This document shows positions 27,343-37,219 of a stretch of 39,011 bases of DNA, piece by piece. The notes under the pieces were generated by a model that did not search any database, was not told the origin of the DNA, and saw only the letters and a program-made list of their open reading frames with translations. Every line of letters begins with the position of its first letter. Positions within the stretch are counted from its first letter, which is position 1. The translations under genes and the position numbers were made by a program. The DNA is from an uncultured bacterium (lineage in GTDB: Bacteria; Actinomycetota; Coriobacteriia; Coriobacteriales; Coriobacteriaceae): positions 1 to 39,011 of the forward strand of contig CAJMPF010000001.1 of assembly GCA_905215195.1 (NCBI GenBank). Direction: 5' to 3'.

Positions 27343-29103
27343 TTATGCCTCGAGGTTTTCCTCGATCCAGGCGACGGCACCCTTGGGATCCTTAGTGAGG
27401 TCGATGTACTGTTTGCCCTTGGGCGACAGCAGCGTGATGCCCAGGCGGTCGGTGTCGGCCTTCATCTCGTTGTAATAGGTGCGAACCTGCGGAGCCAGGA
27501 CGATGACGTTGTACTGGTCCATGATGGCGTAGTGGCTGCCGTAGGCACCGGCGTTGGCGGTAATGTCGATGCCCAGCTCGTCGGCGCCTTCCTTAAGCGC
27601 GTTGGCGAGCAGTGCAGAGGTGCCGGCGCCAGCGCACAGAACCAGAACCCTCAGATCCTTGCCCTTAAGGGCGGACGGAGCTGCGGAGGCCTCAGTGGCA
27701 GAAGCGGTCTCGACAACAGGAGCCTCAACGGCGGGGGCGGCAGCGGTCTTGACGGCCTTGGTCTCCTCGGCCTCTTCTTCGGCCAGGGTCTCGGCCTCCT
27801 GCTTGCACAGGACGTTGTCGTAGGCCTTGCAGAACGGGTAGTAGATCAAGAAGTCAACGACCAGCAGGACGACAACCAGGACCAGAGAGATCGGCTGGAA
27901 GTTGGTGTCGATGAAGGTGCCGATCGGTCCGGGGAGTGCCCACGGCATGGCATAGATAAAGCCGTTCATGCCCAAAAAGTCGATGAAGAACTTACCAATG
28001 AGGACGTTGGCCACGGGGGCAAACAGGAACGGGATCAGGAAGTACGGGTTGAGGATGATGGGCGCGGCGAACAGCAGCGGCTCGTTGACGGCGAACATCA
28101 CGGGCACGACAGAGGCTTTGCCGACGGCCTTGAGCTGCTTGGAGCGCATAAAGAGCAGGAAGATGATCGGGACAATGAACGTGGCGCCGGTGCCGCCGAG
28201 TTCGCCGATGTAGTTACCGAAGTTTTCGGTCAGGGCGAGGGCGGGGTGACCGCCGGCCTGCAGCGTGGCGAGGTTGGTGGTGATGTTGCCAAACAGCGCG
28301 GCGTTGAGGGCAGGCTTAACGACCGAGGGGCCGTGGATGCCCATGAACCAGAACAGCGGGATCATGAACCAGATGAGGGCGAGGCCGGCGTAGGAATCGG
28401 CAGCGGCGAACAGCGGGCTCACCAGCGTGGAGATGACGTTGGCAAACGGGACGGCCAAGCAGGTGCGGCAGATAACGTCGATGACGGCGACAAACAGGAT
28501 GGAGAAGCTGAAGGCGAAGATGTCGCGGAAGTTCTGGGCGATGGCGCCGGGGACTTCTTTGGGCAGCTTGATGGTGATGTCTCGCTTAATGCAGAAGGCA
28601 TAGATGTTGACCGTGGCAAATGCGGCGACAAAGGAGCTCAGCAGGCCCTTGGTGCCCATGTTGTCGGTAAAGAACACCGAGACATCGGCGCCGTCGATCT
28701 TGGCACTCGTCTGGGTAACGGCCAAGATGAGCATAGCGCACATGGCGGCGACCATGGTGCTCGTGGCGTTGATGGCCTTGCCAGCAGGCATGCGGCGGTT
28801 CTTGGAGCCGGTCAGCGCGCTTGCGGTGGTGCCGGCGACCATGATGCCCACGACGCCCATCGTGAAGTTGTAAACCTTGTTGCAGAAGTTCACGACGTCG
28901 ACGTTCCACCAGTCGGGCAGCGTAAAGCCGCCGACCGTGGCGACAACGCCCGGCAGGGTCGAAATAAGCAGGAAGACAGAAGAAGACAGGATGATGGGCA
29001 TTGCTGCCAAAAAGCCGTCTTTAATGGCCTGAAGGTAGATGTTCTTAGAGACCTTGTCGAAGTACGGCTGACCTTTCTCCAAGAACTTAACGATCGATTC
29101 CAT
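27343..29103 (-). CDS. lacE: Lactose-class PTS EIICB, paralog 3
   Basis: GIHGPSVV, GGTGAT, VNEP, VLCAGAGTS. Confidence 0.92.
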   Translation of the reverse strand: MESIVKFLEKGQPYFDKVSKNIYLQAIKDGFLAAMPIILSSSVFLLISTLPGVVATVGGFTLPDWWNVDVVNFCNKVYNFTMGVVGIMVAGTTASALTGSKNRRMPAGKAINATSTMVAAMCAMLILAVTQTSAKIDGADVSVFFTDNMGTKGLLSSFVAAFATVNIYAFCIKRDITIKLPKEVPGAIAQNFRDIFAFSFSILFVAVIDVICRTCLAVPFANVISTLVSPLFAAADSYAGLALIWFMIPLFWFMGIHGPSVVKPALNAALFGNITTNLATLQAGGHPALALTENFGNYIGELGGTGATFIVPIIFLLFMRSKQLKAVGKASVVPVMFAVNEPLLFAAPIILNPYFLIPFLFAPVANVLIGKFFIDFLGMNGFIYAMPWALPGPIGTFIDTNFQPISLVLVVVLLVVDFLIYYPFCKAYDNVLCKQEAETLAEEEAEETKAVKTAAAPAVEAPVVETASATEASAAPSALKGKDLRVLVLCAGAGTSALLANALKEGADELGIDITANAGAYGSHYAIMDQYNVIVLAPQVRTYYNEMKADTDRLGITLLSPKGKQYIDLTKDPKGAVAWIEENLEA

Positions 29104-29279
29104 AGTTCACGCTCCTCTTTGCATGAAATCTAAATGGCATGGACGTTGAAAACCTATATGGTCTCCCGCTTGCTAAAAGCCCGGGTGCAGGCGGGGTCGG
29201 TCCCAGGGAGAGAGAGGGGAGCGGCTGGGTTTGTATCGCATAGGGCCGCTCCCCTCTCGGGGGAAAGCGAGGCGATGCG

Positions 29280-30722
29280 CTACTGCGCGTCCGCCATAGT
29301 GTCGGCGAGCTCCTTGTACCAGAGTGCCGACTGCTTGATGTAGCGTTTTTGCGTGTCGAAGTCGATGTAGAACAGGCCGTAGCGCTTGTTATAGCCATTG
29401 GCCCACGAGAACTGGTCCTGCAGGCTCCAGATAAAGTAGCCCTGGACGTCGACGCCCTCGGCACGCGCCTGGAGCACCTTCTCCATGTGCTGGTCGACAA
29501 AGTCGATGCGCTCGGGATCGGCGACGATGCCGTTTGCGTCGGGCTCGGGGTCCTTGTGGCCCAGGCCGTTTTCGGTGATATAGATGACGGGGAGGTTGGG
29601 ATAGGTGGCGCTGATGTGCTTGAGCGTGTCGTAGAGGCCTTGCGGGTAGATGAGCCAATCCCAGTCGGTGGTGGGGATACCCGGCATATCGACCTGCTGC
29701 CCGACGCCCTTAAACTTAAAGCACGAGGTGCCCTTGTCTCCGGTGCCGTTAAAGCTGTTGGTTGACTCGCCATCGTAGGCGGCGATAAACGCCGACTGAT
29801 AGTAGTTGAGGCCGAACATATCGTTGCGGGGCGCCGCCTTGGCGAGCTCCTCCATGTCGCTGTCCTCAACCGTAAGTGTGGCGTTGTTGGCACGCAGAAT
29901 CTCGTTGATGAGTGAGAGGGTGCGCGCGGAGTAGTGACCCAGGAAGGCGCCGTCCATGATGAAGTCGGTGTAGAAGGCGTTGTACAGGTCGGCGGCGTGC
30001 TGGTCGGCGGGCGAGTCGGTGGCAGGATATGCCGGCGTCAGGACGTTGACCATGCCAATGCGTCCGCCCAGGTGCTCGGTCTCGTCAAGATCCTTATACA
30101 GGTTGACGGCGCGGGCGTGGGCAACGAGCTCGTTGTGCTGGCTCTGGATGCCGCTCGTCACATCAAAGTGATGGTTGGGCGGGAAGTTGCCTTGGATGTA
30201 TTGGGAGTGCGAGAGGCTGATGAGCTCGTTGATGGTGAACCAATTTTTGACCTCGCGGAACTCGCGGAAGCAGAACTCGGCATAGCGCACATAGGCGTCG
30301 ACGGTCTTGCGGTTGAGCCAGTCGCCCTGGTTGAACAGGGCGGCGGGGGAGTCAAAGTGATGCAGGGACACATAGGGCTCGACGCCATACTTTTTGCAGC
30401 AGGCGAACAGCTCGTGGTAGTGCTTAACGCCCTCGGAGAGGGGTTCGGCATCGTCGCCGTTGGGGAAGATGCGGGTCCAGGCGATGGACACACGAATGGC
30501 GTTGAGTCCATGCTCGGCAGAAAGGCGGATATCCTCCTCGTAGCGGTTGTAGAAATCACTGGCCGGGTCGGGCAAAAAGCGACCCTGGGCGACAAGGTAA
30601 TCGTCCCACATGGTCTTACCCTTGCCTGCCACCTTCGTGGAACCTTCCGTTTGGTACGCGGCGGTTGCGGCGCCCCAAACAAAGCCCTTCGGCAGCTGCT
30701 GTACGCGGTTTAGCAAAGACAT
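29280..30722 (-). CDS. lacG: GH1 6-phospho-beta-galactosidase, paralog 2
   Basis: WGAATAAYQTEG, TINE, ITENG, FSWANGYNKRYG. Confidence 0.9.
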   Translation of the reverse strand: MSLLNRVQQLPKGFVWGAATAAYQTEGSTKVAGKGKTMWDDYLVAQGRFLPDPASDFYNRYEEDIRLSAEHGLNAIRVSIAWTRIFPNGDDAEPLSEGVKHYHELFACCKKYGVEPYVSLHHFDSPAALFNQGDWLNRKTVDAYVRYAEFCFREFREVKNWFTINELISLSHSQYIQGNFPPNHHFDVTSGIQSQHNELVAHARAVNLYKDLDETEHLGGRIGMVNVLTPAYPATDSPADQHAADLYNAFYTDFIMDGAFLGHYSARTLSLINEILRANNATLTVEDSDMEELAKAAPRNDMFGLNYYQSAFIAAYDGESTNSFNGTGDKGTSCFKFKGVGQQVDMPGIPTTDWDWLIYPQGLYDTLKHISATYPNLPVIYITENGLGHKDPEPDANGIVADPERIDFVDQHMEKVLQARAEGVDVQGYFIWSLQDQFSWANGYNKRYGLFYIDFDTQKRYIKQSALWYKELADTMADAQ

Positions 30723-30841
30723 ATGCATACACCCTCTCGTCTCGCTGTTCGATATTGTGCGTTTGCGCTCAGGAGGCTCCCTGGTTAGCGTTCAGCGGTG
30801 AAAAAGCCCGATAAACACTATCTTAAAATGATTAGAACCAA

Positions 30842-31012
30842 AATGAGCACGTGAACATTTGACAATGAGCACGTTAACATCCGGCTGGGATGAATAGAAA
30901 CAAAACAACTTCAAACAGCCGCGAACGGTTGTATTTGTTCGGTAAGCGGTTTTGATTGACAGAAGTTTTCATGTTGTGGTATATGGCTCGGGTATCATGA
31001 GCACGTTATCAA
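30842..31012. promoter_or_regulatory. Three LacI operators, module 2
   Basis: AATGAGCACGTGAACATT (30842), AATGAGCACGTTAACAT (30864), ATGAGCACGTTATCAA (30997). Confidence 0.75.
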
Positions 31013-31072
31013 TGTATGTACGATGCGCCATGGGCGCGGGGAATAGTTGGGAAGCAGGTTAGCGTGGAAGGC

Positions 31073-32101
31073 ATGGATCAGCAGACAAGGAATGGTCGTT
31101 CGGCGAGCGCGGCAGAGGTTGCGGCGCTCGCTGGCGTGAGCCGCCAGACTGTGTCTCGCGTGGTCAACGGTATGCCCAACGTGACGGAAAAGACGCGCAA
31201 GCGTGTGCTGGCCGCCATGGAAGAGCTGGGCTTTCGTCCCAATTTTGCTGGAGCGGCGTTGCGCGGCGGGTCGTATCGTTCTATTGGCCTGTGCATGTAC
31301 AACATCACACGTGTCGGTAACCTGGCGACGCTCGAGGGTATCATGCAAGCGGCGCGCGAGCACGATTTTGCCGTCACTATGATCGAGATGGGCGGCGACA
31401 AGCCCTATGCACTTGCCGATGCCTCGCGCCGCATGGTCGAGCGACCCGTCGACGGCATGATTCTCAACATGAACCGCATGGCTCCCGATTTTGAGGAGTT
31501 TGTTCCCCAGCCGGGAGTGCGAACGGTCATCCTGTCCATGTATGCGCATCCGCGCTGCACGACGATCGACTCCGACCAGTATGGTTCGTGCGAGCTGTTG
31601 ACCAATTATCTGCTGGAACATGGTCACTCGAATATGCGGTTTGTGGCGGGTCCGGAAAACTCGATTTCCTCACGTTTTCGTGAGGCCGGTTGGCGCGATA
31701 CGCTGGGTCGTGCTCATGTCGATGCCGCTCCGATGCTGCGTGGCGATTGGAGTGCGGACAGTGGGTACGCCATGGGCGAGCGGATTGCGGCCGAGGTGCT
31801 TGCCGGCGGGTCGCAGGCGCCGACTGCCGTGCTTGCGGCAAATGACCAGATGGCGCTGGGCGTTATCGCCGCGCTCGAGAACGCGGGCCTGTCCGTGCCC
31901 GACGACGTGAGCGTGGTTGGTATCGACGACGCACTCGAGGGACTTGTTCCTCACAATCGGCTGACGACGCTGCGATTTGATTTGCGCGGTGTCGGTAAGC
32001 TTGCGTTTGAGGCGGCGATTGGAGAGAGCTCGTCTATCGAGGCGATTCATGTGCCGAGCACGCTGGTCGAACGCTCGACTGTTAGGGACATACGGGGTTA
32101 G
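31073..32101 (+). CDS. LacI family regulator 2
   Basis: EVAALAGVSRQTVSRVVN, FRPNFAG, VPDDVSVVGIDD. Confidence 0.92.
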   Translation: MDQQTRNGRSASAAEVAALAGVSRQTVSRVVNGMPNVTEKTRKRVLAAMEELGFRPNFAGAALRGGSYRSIGLCMYNITRVGNLATLEGIMQAAREHDFAVTMIEMGGDKPYALADASRRMVERPVDGMILNMNRMAPDFEEFVPQPGVRTVILSMYAHPRCTTIDSDQYGSCELLTNYLLEHGHSNMRFVAGPENSISSRFREAGWRDTLGRAHVDAAPMLRGDWSADSGYAMGERIAAEVLAGGSQAPTAVLAANDQMALGVIAALENAGLSVPDDVSVVGIDDALEGLVPHNRLTTLRFDLRGVGKLAFEAAIGESSSIEAIHVPSTLVERSTVRDIRG

Positions 32102-32112
32102 GTCCTACTCCG

Positions 32113-32255
32113 TTTGTCTCGATTTGTAACAGGTAGACGGTCAAAAGCGGGCTACGTGTTACAGATTTAGATTCTTCGGAAAGAGCAATCCTGTTCGTCT
32201 AAATCTGTAACAGCTTGGACCCAAAAACTCGGCTAGATGTTACAGATTGAGACAA
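32113..32255 (+). repeat. Palindromic repeat cluster 4 (two units: 32113-32171, 32194-32255)
   Basis: Same arms, cores in B-A order. Confidence 0.92.
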
Positions 32256-32363
32256 GCGGCCCCCGAACCGCCCAAAAAAGGCCGGGGGCGGCGCGCCGTG
32301 TGACGTGCCGCCCCCGGCTGAGAAATGGGGACAGGTTATGTGGGCAGGCGACCCCGCCAGCCG

Positions 32364-33803
32364 CTAGTCCAGACGACGGGTCTGCGCCACGTGCTTATAC
32401 CAGTATGCGCTTGCCTTGGGCGTGCGCTTCTGGGTTTCAAAGTCAACGTAGAAGAAGCCATAGCGCTTGTTGTAGCCATTGGTCCAGGAAAACTGATCCT
32501 GCAGGCTCCACAGGAAGTAGCCGCCCACGTTGACGCCCACCTCCATGGCCTTGAGCAACCAGCGCAGGTGCTGCTCGATGTAGTCGATGCGCGGCTGATC
32601 GTCCACAAAACCGTCCTTGTAGGGGTCCTTGTAGCCCATGCCGTTCTCGGTGATGAAGATCTGCTTGTAGTTGGGGTAGCGCTGCTTAATGTAGACGAGC
32701 AGATCGAACAGGCCCTCGGGATAGATGATCCAGTCCCAGTCGGTGGTGGGGACGCCGGGCTTGTTCACATGCTCGCCAATGCCCTTAACGCGCCAGCGGC
32801 CAGTGCCCTTCTCGCCCGTACCGTTGTGGTGCAGGTCGTTCTCGCCATCGTAGGCCTTCAAGAAGCGGCACTGGTAGTTGTTAACGCCCAGGTAGTCGTT
32901 GTAGAGCGCGGCCTCGCGCATGATTTCCAGATCCTCGTCTAGGATCTCGATGGTGCCGCCCGAGACGGCAGCCAAGCGGTTGGCGCACTCGAGGGTGTCG
33001 GGCGCGTAGTCGCCGCGGAAGGTGGCGTCGAGCAAGAACTGGTTCTGCAGCACGTGCTCGTTGTTGGCGGCTTTGATGTCGGCGGGGTCGTTCTCGTTGA
33101 GCGGATACTTAAACTCCAGCGACTGAATGACGCCGATCTTGCCCTTAAAGCCACCGTTGTGGAAGGCCAGTACTGCCTTGGCGTGGGCGAGCATCATGTT
33201 GTGCTCGCACTGGAAGGCCTCGGCCAGATGCGCCTTAACACCACCGGGGAAGGTGCCCTCGATGTAGGTGTTGGAGGCGTCGGCCCAGATCTCGTTAAAG
33301 GTGAACCAATAGGTCACCTGGTCGGCGTACTCCTTAAAGCAGAAGGTGGCAAAGTCCACAAAGGCATCGATGGTCTCGCGGTTGAGGAAGTCGCCCTTCT
33401 CAAAGAGGGCAAGCGGCGTGTCAAAGTGATGCAGCGTGACGAACGGCTCAACATGGTTCTTATGGCACTCGGCGAAAAGGTCGTGGTAGAACTGAACGCC
33501 CTCGGGGTTAATCTCGCCGGTACCGTTGGGGAAGATGCGGCTCCAGGCGATGGAGAGGCGAATGCCGTTGATGCCAAACTCCTCGCACAGCTCCAGGTCG
33601 ACGGGGTACTGGTTGTAGAAGTCCGAAGCGGGATCGGGGGAGAAACGCCCCTGGGCCTCCAGGAAGTCGTCCCAGGCGACTTTGCCCTTACCGTGAGTGC
33701 GGGTCTCGCCCTCTACCTGGTAGGCAGCGGTGGCACCGCCAAAGACAAAGTCCTCGGGAAACTGCGCGGGCGGGTTGGTGACGCTAGCAGGGTTAACGGA
33801 CAT
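32364..33803 (-). CDS. lacG: GH1 6-phospho-beta-galactosidase, paralog 3
   Basis: GGATAAYQVEG, TFNE, ITENG, FSWTNGYNKRYG. Terminator hairpin at about 32275-32318. Confidence 0.92.
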   Translation of the reverse strand: MSVNPASVTNPPAQFPEDFVFGGATAAYQVEGETRTHGKGKVAWDDFLEAQGRFSPDPASDFYNQYPVDLELCEEFGINGIRLSIAWSRIFPNGTGEINPEGVQFYHDLFAECHKNHVEPFVTLHHFDTPLALFEKGDFLNRETIDAFVDFATFCFKEYADQVTYWFTFNEIWADASNTYIEGTFPGGVKAHLAEAFQCEHNMMLAHAKAVLAFHNGGFKGKIGVIQSLEFKYPLNENDPADIKAANNEHVLQNQFLLDATFRGDYAPDTLECANRLAAVSGGTIEILDEDLEIMREAALYNDYLGVNNYQCRFLKAYDGENDLHHNGTGEKGTGRWRVKGIGEHVNKPGVPTTDWDWIIYPEGLFDLLVYIKQRYPNYKQIFITENGMGYKDPYKDGFVDDQPRIDYIEQHLRWLLKAMEVGVNVGGYFLWSLQDQFSWTNGYNKRYGFFYVDFETQKRTPKASAYWYKHVAQTRRLD

Positions 33804-33873
33804 GATGAAATATCCAATCGTCTAAATTGAAGGGCCAACCGGTCTTGGATAATCGGCTGGCCCTGAGCGTTAC

Positions 33874-35643
33874 TTACTTCGAGAGTTGCTCGCTTACGAA
33901 GGCGAGAGACTTGTCACCGTTCTGGGAAAGCTCGATGTACTGCTTGCCACGGCAGGCGACGCACTTGTTGCCCACGCGCTCGCAGTCCTTCTGCAGGTCG
34001 GCCAGGTAGCTTGCGGCCTGCGGGGCCAGTACGACCAGGTCAAAGTCGGGGAGCATGTCGACGTGGTTGCCATATGCCTCGGCAGCGGTCTCAAGATTGA
34101 TGCCGCGCTCCTTGGCGGCCTTGGCCAGCGCGTTGGCGAGCAGGCCCGAGGTTCCGCCACCCTGGCAGAGCACGAGTACGCGCTTGCCGTTGAGGTCGCT
34201 GGCGGGCGTTGCCTCAACGGCGACAGCGGCGGGAGCGGCATCGGTCTTTACGGCCTCGGCAGCGGCGCCGGCGGCAACGCTCTTGGCGTCAGCCTTGCCC
34301 TGGAAGGCGTCGTTGAGCTTGGCGGCCTTCTCGGCGTTCTTGGCGGCGAGCTCCTCCTGGGAGATCTCGGCCTCCTCGGCGCACTTCTGGGCGTCATAGG
34401 CACGGAAGAACGGATAGTACAGAACGAAGTCGACGACCAGGATAAGGGCGAGCATCACAAAGGCGAGCGGCTGGAAGCCCAGGCCCATGATGGTGCCGAT
34501 GGGGCCGGGGACGGTCCAGGGCAGGGTGTACATAAAGCCGTTCATGCCCAAGAAGTCGATAAAGATCTTGAGGATCCAGATGTTGGCGATCGGGGCAAAG
34601 ACAAACGGGACAAAGAAGACGGGATTGAGCACGATGGGTGCGGCGAACAGCAGCGGCTCGTTGACGGCAAAGCACACGGGAACGATAGCGGCCTTACCGA
34701 CGGCGCGCATCTCCTGGGACTTGGCCAGGAAGCAGAACATAAAGACCAGGACGAGCGTGGCGCCGGTGCCGCCCATGCAGACGACGAAGTACTGGGCACC
34801 CTGGGTCAGGACAGCGGAAGCGTGCTGGCCAGCCTGGAACGCAGCCAGGTTGTCGGTCATGTTGGCAACGAGCGCGGCGGCGATGGCGGGCTCGACGATC
34901 GAGGGGCCGTGGACGCCCACGAACCAGAACAGGCTCATGGCGCCGTAGATCACAGCGAGGCCGATGTAGCCATCGGCAGCGGTGAACAGGGGCTGGAACA
35001 CCTGGATGACGCCCTGGGCAAAGCAGAAGCCAAAAGCAGCGCGGAAGACGATGTCAAAAACCCAAAAGACGGTGATGCAGACGGAGAAGGGGATGATGTC
35101 CTTGAAGGTCTGCGAGATGTTGGGCGGAACCTGCTCGGGCATCTTGACGGTGATGTTGCGCTTAATGAAGAACTTGTAGATGATGCCGGTCACAAACGCA
35201 GCGATGAAAGCGGTCAGCAGGCCCTTGGAACCAAGGTAGGTGGTGTTGAAACCGCTGGCGGCGTCCGTGGCGATCGTGTCGCTCGAAAGGAGCAAGAAGC
35301 CGATGATGGCCGCGCACATGCACGAGATAAAGTTGATCTGGTTGTTCTTGGGCAGATCGCGGTTCTGAGCGTCGGCGAAGTGCTTGGCCGTGGTGGCGGC
35401 GCAGGCGATGGCCAGGATGCCCATGGAGTAGTTGTAGCACTTCCACAGGGCGTTGTTGATGTCATCGGGCCAGTAGAAACCCCAGATGTTGGGGACCGAG
35501 GCTACCAGGCAGAAGATGGACGAGAAGATGATGATGGGGATGACGGAGATAAAGCCGTCGCGGATCGCCTTGAGGTACTTGTTGCGGGCGATCGCGTTGA
35601 AAAAGGGCTGGCTCTTTTCGATGATGGCGATGAGTTGCTCCAT
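33874..35643 (-). CDS. lacE: Lactose-class PTS EIICB, paralog 4
   Basis: YLKAIRDGF, GVHGPSIVEPAIAA, GGTGAT, VNEP, VLCQGGGTSGLLANAL. Confidence 0.93.
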   Translation of the reverse strand: MEQLIAIIEKSQPFFNAIARNKYLKAIRDGFISVIPIIIFSSIFCLVASVPNIWGFYWPDDINNALWKCYNYSMGILAIACAATTAKHFADAQNRDLPKNNQINFISCMCAAIIGFLLLSSDTIATDAASGFNTTYLGSKGLLTAFIAAFVTGIIYKFFIKRNITVKMPEQVPPNISQTFKDIIPFSVCITVFWVFDIVFRAAFGFCFAQGVIQVFQPLFTAADGYIGLAVIYGAMSLFWFVGVHGPSIVEPAIAAALVANMTDNLAAFQAGQHASAVLTQGAQYFVVCMGGTGATLVLVFMFCFLAKSQEMRAVGKAAIVPVCFAVNEPLLFAAPIVLNPVFFVPFVFAPIANIWILKIFIDFLGMNGFMYTLPWTVPGPIGTIMGLGFQPLAFVMLALILVVDFVLYYPFFRAYDAQKCAEEAEISQEELAAKNAEKAAKLNDAFQGKADAKSVAAGAAAEAVKTDAAPAAVAVEATPASDLNGKRVLVLCQGGGTSGLLANALAKAAKERGINLETAAEAYGNHVDMLPDFDLVVLAPQAASYLADLQKDCERVGNKCVACRGKQYIELSQNGDKSLAFVSEQLSK

Positions 35644-35702
35644 GCAATGCTCCTAAGAGTCGGTGGGTTAGCAACGATGGTAGCTTTTGACGTTCGGTTG
35701 CC

Positions 35703-35986
35703 AAAATGTTGACGTTGCCATTTTGTGACACAAAAAAAGAAGCGAACCGGTGGTTCCTGTGCCTGCGAACCGTCGATTCCTTACGCGTAAACGTTTGAGC
35801 CGCCCGGTGGCTCTGTGTTTGCACAATGGCAACGTTAACATTTGGGCGACAAAAGCCGTTCGGGGAAGCAAAAATGTCGGTGAACGGTAGGTTTTGGGTG
35901 GTGAGCGTATGGTGGGGGAGGCGTTAGATATACTTGAAGACGTTTCATTTGACTGCGTAGGGTGCCACCAATGGCATCGTTGACAT
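35703..35986. promoter_or_regulatory. Three LacI operators, module 3
   Basis: AAAATGTTGACGTTGCCATTTT (35703), AATGGCAACGTTAACATT (35825), AATGGCATCGTTGACAT (35970). Confidence 0.75.
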
Positions 35987-36000
35987 AGAAAGATCAACCT

Positions 36001-37005
36001 ATGGCCGCTGTTAAAAAATCGGTTTCCGTTAAGGATGTGGCGCTCCTCGCGGGCGTCTCAGAACAGACGGTCTCGCGCACTGTCCACGATTCGCCCAGCG
36101 TGCGCCCCGAGACCAAGGAGCGCGTGCGTGCCGCCATGCGCGAGCTGGGGTATCGCCCCAATTTTGCCGGTCGATCGCTGCGCCGTGGCAAGTTTAAGAC
36201 CGTCGGCGTCGCCATGTTCAACATTACCGGTACTGGTAACCTCGACCGTATGGAGGGCTTTGCCGCCGCGGCCGACAAACATGGCTATGCCATCACCCTC
36301 ACTAAAGTAGATGGACATCCCTATACCCTCGAGAGTGCATCGTCGCGTATGAGCGCGCTGCCGGTAGACGGCATGGTCGTGATCATGAATCGCATGCCGG
36401 CGGACTTTGGCACCTTCGAGCCGCTGCCCGGCATGCAGACGGTGCTCGTTACGATGCTGGAGCACCCTCTCTGTTCAACGGTCGATAACGACCAGTTCGA
36501 TTGCTCGCGCCAGGTGGTCGAGTACTTGCTGGGGCGGGGGCACAAAACCGTGCACTTTATTTCGTGTCCCGAGCGCTCGCTTTCGGGCATGCGGCGCGAG
36601 GAAGGCTGGCGCGAAACATTGCGCGCGCATGGTATTGAACCGCCGCGACTCGTCCGTGGGGATTGGACGGCACAGAGCGGATATGCTGCTGGTCAGGCTC
36701 TGGCGGAAGATCCGACCTGTACGGCCATTTATGCTTCCAACGATGCCATGGCCTACGGCTGCATTCGCGGGCTCGAGTCGTGCGGAAGGCATGTGCCCGA
36801 GGACGTGAGCGTGGTGGGTGTTGATGACAGCCTGGGCGATATCGTGCCCGACCGTCGCCTGACCACGGTGCGCTTTGACAACAAGCGCGTCGGCATGTGG
36901 GCGGTCGACAAGATTGCCGGCGCCGATGGGGGTGCGTCTGGCGTGGAGCACATGCTGATTCCCGGTGTGCTCGTAGAGGGCGATACGGTGCGCGACTTGC
37001 GTTAG
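36001..37005 (+). CDS. LacI family regulator 3
   Basis: KDVALLAGVSEQTVSRT, YRPNFAGRSL, VPEDVSVVGVDD. Confidence 0.92.
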   Translation: MAAVKKSVSVKDVALLAGVSEQTVSRTVHDSPSVRPETKERVRAAMRELGYRPNFAGRSLRRGKFKTVGVAMFNITGTGNLDRMEGFAAAADKHGYAITLTKVDGHPYTLESASSRMSALPVDGMVVIMNRMPADFGTFEPLPGMQTVLVTMLEHPLCSTVDNDQFDCSRQVVEYLLGRGHKTVHFISCPERSLSGMRREEGWRETLRAHGIEPPRLVRGDWTAQSGYAAGQALAEDPTCTAIYASNDAMAYGCIRGLESCGRHVPEDVSVVGVDDSLGDIVPDRRLTTVRFDNKRVGMWAVDKIAGADGGASGVEHMLIPGVLVEGDTVRDLR

Positions 37006-37219
37006 GGTGCGGCCCTGTTTGGGTTGCCGCTAATTGTGTTCGATATTGTTCAGATTGGTTTAAAAACCGTTCACGGGCGAAAAGTGACCGTTCATAGTTC
37101 GAAAGTACGTTTTGAGCTGTTCTTTTTTGTTTGAATGTTATTGCTTCTGTCATACACAACGCAGCGCGTATGCCCGGACGCGATGCTCTCCATTGGTTCA
37201 TATGTGAAAGGAACGCAAT

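Noticed and set aside
16391..32255. Integron attC sites (AAC...GTT in ~60-bp palindromes)
   Set aside because: CTGTAAC/GTTACAG does not fit RYYYAAC/GTTRRRY and lies at the inner ends of the arms. The units are clustered, the modules carry their own promoters, and no integrase is present.
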